Shown here in pieces: positions 52,929 through 64,000 of a stretch of DNA of 64,000 nt; position 1 is the stretch's first letter; each line of letters opens with the position of its first letter. The translations under genes and the position numbers were made by a program. Origin of the DNA: Tubiluchus corallicola (Eukaryota; Animalia; Priapulida); assembly GCA_030141605.1 (NCBI GenBank), contig JAQGDQ010000171.1:124001-188000 (forward strand). The letters are read 5' to 3'. The notes below the pieces were generated by a model that saw only the letters and a program-made list of their open reading frames with translations, searched no databases and had not been told where the DNA came from.

Positions 52929-52985
52929 TATTTTTATGCAATGTTTCTGTGCTTTTTGCTCGGTGCATGCAACCAACAGTGGCAG
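52834..52985. mobile_element. Foldback MITE with (TA)n loop and TTA flanks
   Basis: ~55-bp arms CTGTCTCTGTTGGTTGCATG..AAAAAGCACAGAAACATTGCAT and its reverse complement. TTA on both sides. Confidence 0.8.
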
Positions 52986-53989
52986 TTATGTTTTTATGTC
53001 ACTTTGTAGAGCGCGGTGCAAACCTCGCAAATTTATTAAAAAACATAAAAGACAAAGAACGAGTGAAATAAATCTGTGCACAATCTATAGTGGAAACCAT
53101 TAGTGCAAGCTTTCAACTCAAACAAAAAATTGTCTCTGCAAAAAATCATAATGCATGTTTTCGTCAAACACTGTAAATATCGAAAGTCAATAAACTTACC
53201 AAGATTATAAATTGTATAGTGTTTTTGACATCTAGGTAGGATTGGTTGCCCATGTATTTATTTATCGTTCATTTAGAATGTAAAAGCATTGTCGACAAGG
53301 TTCACAATGCATAAGTCGATGCTGATCGACATCTGAAAGTGACTAGTTCTCTCTATAATCTCTCGTTATTTCTGATATATTGTTAGCTGATGCCATATCT
53401 TGCCACAAACAGGAATGGAAATGTCGGCTTCTGTTTTAGTGAGATGTTATTGTGAAAAATGCCCTCTGAATGGAAAGTAACCAATACCTACGCGGAGAGG
53501 ATTTAGTATGTAACGTGTCAGTAGTCATGAGAAGCCACTATTATTATCGTCGTCAACAAAATCATCGTCGTCGCTGTCGTCATCGTCATCCTCATAATCA
53601 TGGTAAATGCCATCATCATCATCATCATCATCAACGTCGATGTCGTCATCATCGCCTGCAACGGTAGCAGCAAGAGCCTGTTTTTTCGCTATCATCCTTA
53701 CTAAGTGTTTTCATGATTTCTCTTCTCTTCAAGTTTTTCTCTCTTTCAATTGTTTGCTGCTATTAACAAATACACGTCATTGTATCGCTTCAAGTGAATA
53801 AAGATCACATGGCGCATCTCTTATTAGCTTAATTGATCAAGTCATAAGATAATTAAAATTCTAAATTGAATGAATCCCAATTGTGTGGTTTATGAACAGA
53901 AACTCTGAAGGCTCAGATTACCCAAATGACATGCAAAATAACAAGTTATAATTTTGTTACTGTCGTTACCAGCATTATCGCCTTTTGCT

Positions 53990-54610
53990 TTTCATCATCA
54001 TCATCAACATCATCATCATCATCATCGTCATCATCATCATCTTCTTCTTCGTCGTCACCATCGCCATCATCATCATCATCAACATCATCATCGTTATCAC
54101 CATTTTCATTATTATTATCATCATCAACATCATCATCGTCATCATCATCATCTTCTTCTTCGTCGTCACCATCACCATCATCATCATCATCAACATCATC
54201 ATCGTCATCATCATCATCTTCTTCTTCGTCGTCGACACCATCGCCATCATCATCATCAACATCATCATCGTTATCAACATTTTCATTATTATTATCATCA
54301 TCAACATCATCATCGTCATCATCATCATCATCTTCTTCTTCGTCGTCACCGTCGCCATCATCATCATAATCAACATCATCATCGTTATCACCATTTTCAT
54401 TATTATTATCATCATCAACATCATCATCGTCATCATCATCATCTTCTTCTTCGTCGTCGACACCATCGCCATCATCATCATCAACATCGTCATCGTTATC
54501 AACATTTTCATTATTATTATCATCATCAGCATCATCATCGTCGTCACCTTCGCCATCGTGGTTATCGTCATCATCATCAGCAGCAGCAGATTCTGCATCA
54601 GCATCAGCAT
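53990..54610. repeat. Higher-order (CAT)-based minisatellite
   Basis: Recurring blocks CATCTTCTTCTTCGTCGTC and CATTTTCATTATTATTAT. Confidence 0.9.
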
Positions 54611-55607
54611 TAACGTTCTCATTTTGACATCTTTTTCTTGATTAGTTGTTGTGCCAACAGAAAAAGTTTATAATGTTGGTGCTAAGCAATAACTTGATAA
54701 AGGATTCCACCTTAAATGAGTCCACTATACAGACAATAGAAGCTTGAAAACGGTTGTATGAAAATTTAATGACTGGTTTTTATGAAGAACTGTTAAAAAC
54801 CAAAACTCTTGGTAACAAATGGTAGTAATACTGGTTTCTTCTTTGTAGATCTGTGTTGAAGTGATTATAACCAAAATATTCAAAAGAAAATGGGTATTGA
54901 TAATTCACAGAACAGCGCAGAATATCGGTTCGATATTCAAATAACACATACGTTAAAATTCCAAGCCTTCAAAATTAATTACAATAAACACAAATTTGGT
55001 AAAATATAAACGTTCTGTACAATCGGATGTCTCCACCATTTTTATTGCAGGGAATTTGGAATTGTTCCCATTGAATCCATTTATACCACGAATGTGTCAA
55101 GTTACTATTGGGGGATGAGCTAAATTTGCTCTGCAGGCAGCTTCAACTTTAACGCCTGTTCCTCTTGCTATGAGCTGTTCGAGATTTCTTTTCTTTTTAT
55201 TTTACTCTCCATCAAATTTGATGAAATCGAATCCGTTTCGGCAATGTGCTAATTATAAGCATGTAACAGAATCCAATTTTGCTGGACATGTCAATTATTA
55301 AGCATCTCCACTATCAACGCTGGTGCAGCCTACTCCACAAACGACTCTCATGAGATGATCATAAAACTTCGATAGCTATTTTCCCTTTGAGATAAAAGAA
55401 CCGATAAAAATTTCATTGTTTCGTGATACGTTGTTCCTTTTGAGAATATTTTACACGATCGACTAGATAATGAAAACCTTGCGGAGTTGAATGGCAAAAA
55501 ATGAAAATGTTTTAGCAGCACCTGGTGGGATTTTTTCTTTCAATTCGATTAAATCGCCATTCTTCTCCGGGGAGTTTTGATTATAATTTCTCTCTCTCCC
55601 TTTCACT

Positions 55608-55655
55608 TACACACACACACACACACACAGACACACACACACACACACACACAAA

Positions 55656-55712
<57 letters not shown>
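55608..55712. repeat. (CA)n microsatellite
   Basis: Visible. Confidence 0.95.
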
Positions 55713-55714
<2 letters not shown>

Positions 55715-55794
55715 TAACTAAGAAAGGCTTCACGCATACAGGAATTAGCCTGGCAGACAATTATATGAGGAATTGAGTACAGAAAAATTATGCA

Positions 55795-55855
55795 TCAACT
55801 AGGATTCGAACCCGGAACCTCCTGTTTATATGGCAAATGGCTCTATCAGTAGGGT
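55795..55855 (-). mobile_element. tRNA-like SINE head
   Basis: Minus strand GATAGAGC...GGAGGTTCCGGGTTCGAATCCT (B box). Confidence 0.5.
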
Positions 55856-55981
55856 TATTGACCCAAAGAACAAAACTAGCAGAGTTGATCTAAATTATCG
55901 CCCTAATCAATCAGAGCCACCTATCTGCTACTAGTGATATATAATATATTTTGAATACACTCAACAACGGGAGTTTACGTA

Positions 55982-56957
<976 letters not shown>

Positions 56958-58452
56958 GTGGTTTGTCAGGAGTTTTTGTTACTATTAGCTTTATTACCAC
57001 TACCAATATCTACTAACGCCGTAGCTGCTGTTATATCAGTTGCTATTAACACTGTACCTGATGCTATTGTTAATCTTCCTAGTTGCCGGTGACGTTAATA
57101 GCCAATTATTTAGAATATGAAGTTATTTATTTTTTCTGACTGATGATTTTATGGGTAATCTTTCAATCATCTTTAAAAAATCGCTAAAAAGGGTTCTAGA
57201 ATTGTAACACGTAATCTTAAGATAGAAAAATTTGATCAGCAGCTGGTTTTTTAAACCCATACTGCTTGTAACATCAAGCGTTTGAGCCACGATAGATCAC
57301 AGATGTTACGACCTCAAATGAATTAATTTCAGCTACAAGCTGACATTTTAGTAGTAGTATGGTATCGAAGAAAAAATAGTAAAAATGGAAATTCGTTGAG
57401 AGATGAAAGTATTTGTTACGTGGACTATTGAAAGTAGATAGGATAGTAAAGCTTCCTTGCGCTCATTGCATAATATTTTCCTAAATGTCGATTTATGGGT
57501 TTATTCGCTATTCATGCTGTGTTGTCATTTCCGGTCTTAAATAGCAAGTTCCGTTTTTAGAAAAATCTACTGGAACAAAAGCATGCACGATTGCGGGAAA
57601 CTGAGCCAAAGAGAGCGTAATTCAAATAGTGACTTTTAGAGGGTGATGTTGTAAACGTAGGTCTTATTCCTAAATTTTGTTGTTGACCTTCAAGAAGTAA
57701 TATAGATCAGTGAGCAAGAATCTGCAAGAAATTTCATCGTTCGCGCTTTTTAATACAAACTTTTGACGCAAACACACATAGCAGTGATTGCAGGTTTCTA
57801 TATAATTGATACTGTACTCACTGTATTCGTATGATCATGAATAAAACTGAATTGAAAACTTGAATTTAAACTTGAATTCACAGCTCAAAGTCTTAAGTTA
57901 TTCAGCAGCCAAATTTAAAATGTCTAAAGTGCCAGTCGGTTCCCTTCTGCAAAGTGACTCAATGCCAAAGAGTTACATCCTGGTAACTGTCAAAACTTTG
58001 GCAACAAAACTTGAATAACCTACATCAACAGCAAGAAGGCAAACTTTATTGTGATTGATAATACTTTAATAGTTTACAGTCGAATTTGAGCTACTTAATT
58101 ATTACTTGGGTTACTTAATTTTAATGTCAATATTATTGCTATTAATAATAACACAAATTCACAGATAATTGAAGGCTCGTACCATCATTGGATTCTTATG
58201 GTACCAGATAAGAAATACATTTTTGAGAATGGATAGTAACAGGGTCAAAGGTCACTTAACATTTCAATTGCGTTTACTTTCAAGAACTATAACGGAGAAC
58301 TTGGAGAAGCAAAGGAAGGTAATTGTTTGCAGCAAATTTTAGTGGAGCAGTTGATGATTTGACTTAGTTGATCGGTGAATAAACAGTAATAAAGCTCAAA
58401 ACACGAAATTAGAAATGCTGAAGTCGTGAGAAAGCGATTCAGAAAAACAAGT

Positions 58453-59184
58453 TTAAAGCAAAAGCCAAGTCTCTCGGGAAGTTCAGCTTATTTTAATATT
58501 TGGGAAAAATGTTAAATAGTCTCAGCAATAAAACTGTGATGAGCACCTCATATACTCAATAAAATCAATTTAAATTCCTGATCACTTTACGCTTGGACGC
58601 GCTCATTTTAGACCAAAAATGGCGTCATCTGGTTTCCGTGCAATCCCGCCGGGTGCTTCAGAATCTCTTTTTAACTTACAGAGCGAACTCTGTAAACTAA
58701 ATAACCAGCCCGTCACCTACTACGTGCCGGCAAGTTTACATGTTTATCTAAACGTCAACAAAAATCTGTTAATTAATTATTTACACAATTGATGTTAATT
58801 ACTTACACATTTTAAAGTGTAATACTGTAGATTAAGACAATGTAACCACTTTAAATTTGATCATAATGACTGATTTCTAGATAAACACAGCTAAACACGA
58901 CATTAGAATAACTGTACTTCTAAGCAAATTGTAGAAATTTTGCAACATGTACCTTCACACAGCTTGCCTTTATGGCATTCACACTGCTCAACACACACCA
59001 GTTTACGTCATTTTTTGAAATATGCCGACATCAACGTTCGGTTGGTGGGAGATAAAAAATATTTAAATTTCTTTTACATTTTAAGCAAAACATTCTATGC
59101 GCATAATTTGTGTTGAGATTTGAATATTTTTAATGGTAAATTAAAATGCAATAAATGTTGTTCGAGGGTTGATTCTTCCTTTAA
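58453..59184 (+). mobile_element. TTAA transposon family A', second copy
   Basis: TTAAAGCAAAAG ... TTCTTCCTTTAA. Colinear with 41304-42038. Confidence 0.85.
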
Positions 59185-59517
59185 ATGAAGAGTCCAAACA
59201 TCATCAACTAACATTTCATCATTGTAATGTACGCACGGTCTATAATTGGCGAAAACCTTATTCGTATGATAAACAGCAAAGCCAACGATACAATGCAAGT
59301 TTCGAATCAGCCTAGATTTCACTGTCAATCAACAAGTGCACATCTGTAAACAACGTGTGGTTTAATTGGGTTTTGGTTTTTATTACTTTTCAATGTGTCA
59401 TTCTTTTCGATTTATGTTAGTATAAATTTGCGGATTTTTCTTTCTCTTGGAGTTTATGTAAGGGTACTCTGTCTTTATATTATTCCTTCAGCGTCTTGTA
59501 TATAAGTTGATTTCTCT

Positions 59518-60043
59518 TTAAAGGAAAGACCAAGCCTTCTGAAAAGTTTGGCTTTTTTCAATGCTCGCAAAAAAATGTTAGAAGGATTTAGGAATGAAAT
59601 TGCAAAAAGCACCTCGTGTAACCAGTAAAATCACTTTAAACTAGCGATCACTTCACATGCTTAGACGCTCCCATTTTCAATGCCCATTCTTCTTCCAATA
59701 ACGTCATTCGTCTTAAAGAAAAGTGTCACACTGTCAATCTTCATCAAAAGTATAATAAGTTTTTACAAAAAAAATAGATAGCTAATTTTAAAATATTTTA
59801 GCGCAAACATTGGGTAAGCTGCAGAAGCTTGAATTAGTTTAAGCAGCACGTTCTTGCGGAAAGCCTTGAAGTGTCCCATTTTCAAATCGGTAGCGGCAAC
59901 CTCCACGTCTGAAAAGTTCTATTCAAAGGTAGTATATTATAAATTTATGCTTTATAGACAGTTCTTTGCTTATTTCTTTGTTATATTTTTCTAAGTTTAG
60001 CTGATAACAGTTAAAATAAACCTAATCATTTAATTGGTCTTTT
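59518..60043 (+). mobile_element. Family A TTAA transposon nested in an older TIR element
   Basis: Starts TTAAAGGAAAGACCAA. Outer inverted repeats at ~59329-59355 and ~60071-60097. Confidence 0.8.
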
Positions 60044-60614
60044 AGTGTTATGCAAACAGATCTTTTCTGCGTTGTTTACAGATGTGTACTTATTGAACGT
60101 TATTGAATGGCCAAGGATTCTAGAATGATTTGTAGCATCTCACCAAGGGCATCTTTATTGTACCGTTGGTCCAGCTGTTTATACAACATCAGTCAGAATA
60201 ACACCATTTGGTTTTATTTAGATATAAAACAGCTTGAAAACTATTAAGCATTTCACTGTGATATACTAGCGCTACGTGCTGCAGCGTATCAATCATGAGA
60301 TTAGAGCTCATTATCATAATAATGTAGTTATAAAACAGGCAATCACAGACTACCGCTTTTCAAAGGGATGTTCATCTCAAGAGAAGCCCAATGAGATAAG
60401 CGAATGACGTTGAAGACATGAAACTTCAACAAAATCTAATGTTCTGCTAAAGAAGATAAAGAGAATTTAGAACGGTTATGGTGGTGCTCGGAAACTTTAA
60501 AAAGCTTTAAAGTGTACGGGGGGATTTGATTTGATTTGATTTGATTTAATTCTTTATTTCAAAATGAAGTTCATATTATAATTGACGTATTTACAACATG
60601 CAACATTATATAAA

Positions 60615-60615
<1 letters not shown>

Positions 60616-60710
<95 letters not shown>
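60616..60710. repeat. (TAT)n microsatellite
   Basis: Visible. Confidence 0.95.
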
Positions 60711-60712
<2 letters not shown>

Positions 60713-60757
60713 ATAATCTTTATTTAAGGTCGGTGCTTATTAGATGGGCAATTTGAC

Positions 60758-60987
60758 TAGCTGGCGTAGCTCAATGGTAGCGTGCTCGCTTACCACCCGG
60801 GGGGGGGGGGTCGTGAGTTCAACTCTCGGCCGAGTCATACCAACAACTTGAAAAATCTTACCGTTGGTTCTTCGACCAAGCCGCGGGTTTATCTGAGCAA
60901 CGTGCGGGTAATAATAATCTGGACCATCTTGGAAATAAGTATTGAGGTACTTAAGGTGTACTATGTCCTAAACGAAATTATTATAAT
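60758..60987 (+). mobile_element. tRNA-derived SINE (same family as 37938)
   Basis: A box TAGCTCAATGGTAG, B box GAGTTCAACTCT, shared body and tail. Confidence 0.8.
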
Positions 60988-61074
60988 TAACCTAAGCTCC
61001 AAAAAGCTTTTGGGCTGACTGTAAATCTACAACAATATAGCAGAGACTATTGTTACCCCACTTTTAGCCTAAAT

Positions 61075-61190
61075 ACCACGCGCCAGGCAGGACATCAGGT
61101 AGCATTTTTAAAGTCTTCGGTTATGACCCGGCCGCAGTATCGAACTCATGACCTCCCAGACGGAAAGCGTACGCGTTACCACTAGATTAG
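61075..61190 (-). mobile_element. tRNA-derived SINE
   Basis: Minus strand CTAGTGGTAACGCG...GAGTTCGATACT...GGTCATAACCGAAGACTTTAAAAATGCTACC. Confidence 0.7.
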
Positions 61191-61949
61191 TCCTCTGGTC
61201 ACAGCTTCTAAGTTTTATTTTACAGATATTGTAACAACGTTATCTATGACATGTTCAATTCATTCAAGTAGATTTAAATCTTTCGATGATTTTTTGCTTC
61301 AGGTTTACATTTTTGATTTGCGTTTTATTAAAGGGAAACAAAACAGAATTTTAAAGTGTGTCTCAAAAGACTCCATACAAAGTTATATTTCTTTCAGTTA
61401 CACTTTGTATTACCTGTTTAAAAGTGTAACTCAAAAAGAATAGTCTGAATATTTAAAATATTCGCGTCAGATAGTAATAAAACGTGGTTGTTTCGGACGA
61501 TTTACCGTTAAAATGGCCCAACAGTTATCGTTTACATTTTCAAGTTACCCTTTAGGTGTTGTTGCTATTACTATGTCTAATACATAATAGGGCCGCATAT
61601 AGTTAATAAGGTTTGTAGGCATGTGGATTTCCATGAGATTTTTTCAGATTTATGTAAGAATAGGATCTTTAGTGTTCATAGCATTGCAAAATTAATTATT
61701 GAATTGCGCTCCATTTCATTTTATTGCACTTTTGTCGTATAAGTTGTTGGTTGATCAAATACGTTGCCGACCTGGCTTTGCCGTTGTTGTTGATGTGGCA
61801 GTATTGCCCTATTGCCGCTGCAGTTGGTGCCAGTGTTACTACAATGTTATTTCTACTGCTACGCCATCCACCTTGCAGGCTCTCTCACGAGATCACTGAA
61901 ATGTCGCCGCAATCGTGTGCAGTGAACAACCTTAAGCAGAATTGCGTCA

Positions 61950-62110
61950 GTTTACCTACCTATCTACCTACCTACCTGCCTGCCTGTCTGTCTGTCTGCG
62001 TGCTTGCCTACCTATCTACCTACCTACCTACCTACTTGCTTGTCCAGCTAAATACTTAGCTGTCTACCTACCTACCTACCTACATACATGCCTACTTACC
62101 TACCCATCTA
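61950..62110. repeat. (CTAC)n-rich microsatellite
   Basis: Visible. Confidence 0.85.
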
Positions 62111-62231
62111 CCTGTGAAAGTGTTCTGACCGATGATGCAGCATAAAAGCAATAAAGAGGTATCATATAGCTAGCAACAATTATGACCGTTGTTTTTGAAC
62201 TCGGATTCCGCTAAAACAAATCAGACGTTCT

Positions 62232-62809
62232 TTAAAGGAAATGTCAACCTTTCTAAGAAGTTAGGCTTGTTTCATTGTTCTTAGAAGGATTGTCATTGTC
62301 ATTGTTCATTGTCGTTATTTAGAAGGATGTAGTAATAAAGCTGCAATAAGCGCCTGGTGTAACTAGTAAAGTCAGTTTAAAGTCGCGATCACTTCAAGCT
62401 TGGGCGCTTCCATTTTCAATGTCTATTCTTCCAATTCGCCTTGAAGTTAAACAACTCAACGTCCATCTTCTACAAAATAATAATAAGTTTTTACAAAAAA
62501 ATAGATAGCTAATTTTGTAGCTTTTTTGGGTGAATATTACATAAGCTGCAGAAGTTTGAATTAGTTTAAGCAGCGGGCGCTCACGGACAGCTACGATGCA
62601 CTTACGGAAAGCCACGAAGTCTCCCAGTTACGTCACGATTTTCAAGTAAATAGCGGCGACCTCCACGCCTGAAAATTTCTATTCAGAGGTAGAATATTTT
62701 AATTTGTGCTTTTTAGGCAGTTCTTTGCAAATTTTTTCGTTATATTTTAACAGTAAGTGATAACAGTAAAATAAACCCAACATACTGAGTGACTTGTCCT
62801 TTCCTTTAA
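62232..62809 (+). mobile_element. Family A TTAA transposon, complete
   Basis: TTAAAGGAAA ... CTTGTCCTTTCCTTTAA. Confidence 0.85.
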
Positions 62810-63699
62810 TCTGTATATCACCTCATCTCATGTCAATACTAAAGACGTGGAGACTCATAATAATATTCGTAAAGCGTCGCCAAAAGGTACAAAGTCGTTC
62901 GTGAGAAAGCGAAAAATCTTGGAATGTAAAGACAGTCCTTCTTGAATGAAAATAATTTCTTTTCTTTTTCTTCCTTTCATTTTATTATTTTTCAATGTTT
63001 CCGCTACTTTTTTGTCTTTCATTTCTTCCCTTTTTCTGGATCAAGTCCAGCCATGTCCACTGTCCAGTCGTGGTTGCAGATTAGTTCCAACATTTGACTT
63101 TATTTCAAATCATTTAAATTTTTCACTCCTGTTTTCACACAAATGCTGTGTATGTTTCTGTAGTTTACAATCCTTTGTCTATTACATTGTTTTGGCGTTT
63201 GCTTGGTATGCTTTGAGTGACCTGCAATCACTCATCTCAAAGACCTGCTAACCAATAACCGATTACCGTCTTTCCGCACAGCTCAGCTGCTAATTGCCAG
63301 ATGCGGATGACTTCACTATATTCATCGAGGACCATCCATCATGATCAATGGTGACCTGCAAATGGCAACCTCCCTGCAGTTACATGAGCTTTGCTGACAT
63401 CGACAATGCTCCGTAGTTAGTAAATTAATTAGTCAAGCTCTCAAAGTGTATGAAAATATACTTTTGTTATTGCTCGCGTAATGTTAAGACATTTTTGTTC
63501 ACATCTTATTGTTCTAGTTTCTGTCGCAGTAATTTCTAGCTGTTGCATAAACGCGACCGTCTAGTAAAACTTCATGTTTCGTACAATATTGCCCCCCGAA
63601 AGTTTTTTTAATTATGTTGTGCAATTGTGTAATTTGTGTAAACAATCGTATTGATCACTTTAAGGTATTACTACGTAAACGTTTTTTAGCCTAAGAAAT

Positions 63700-63754
63700 G
63701 TGCTGTTGCTGTTGCTGTTGTTGTTGTTGTTGTTGTTGTTGCTGTTGTTGTTGC

Positions 63755-63844
<90 letters not shown>

Positions 63845-63922
63845 CGTTGTCGATGTCGTCGTCGTCGTCATCGTCGTCGCTGTTGTCGTCGTCGTCGTCG
63901 TCATCGTCATCGTCGTCGCTGT
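63700..63922. repeat. (TGT)n/(CGT)n compound microsatellite
   Basis: Visible. Confidence 0.95.
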
Positions 63923-64000
63923 TGTAAGGTAAGTAAAAGCCGACGGTTGCGATTACGATGCTCAAGAGAACTTGTAGAATGCAGCGTTTGTGCTAAAACG

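Noticed and set aside
53926-54641. Long His/Ser/Ile/Met-rich ORFs (up to 219 aa)
   Set aside because: Open in several frames on both strands because the region is a (CAT)n minisatellite.

Overview
AT-rich eukaryotic (animal, probably invertebrate) genomic DNA. No long protein-coding gene is visible, and nearly all ORFs in the supplied track are microsatellite or transposon artefacts. Most of the window is repeats: several families of TTAA-flanked non-autonomous DNA transposons (Kolobok-like), smaller MITEs (Harbinger-, Tc1/pogo-, hAT- and piggyBac-like), a solo LTR with a 5-bp target-site duplication (TSD), tRNA- and 5S-derived SINE relics, LINE 3' fragments (HERO/NeSL, RTE, CR1), Penelope-type hammerhead motifs, an interstitial (TTAGGG)n tract and many microsatellites. 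The most interesting non-repeat signal is a possible minus-strand small-ORF locus. It has a CpG-rich promoter-like region near 15.1 kb and a 37-aa ORF (14824-14937) with phospholamban/sarcolamban-like architecture. A candidate splice links it to an exon at 7317, which leads to a 64-aa single-transmembrane ORF (6325-6519). A separate plus-strand candidate exon (38753-38866) encodes a signal peptide followed by RR-LFSF-GR. All gene calls were made by eye and need RNA and conservation support.
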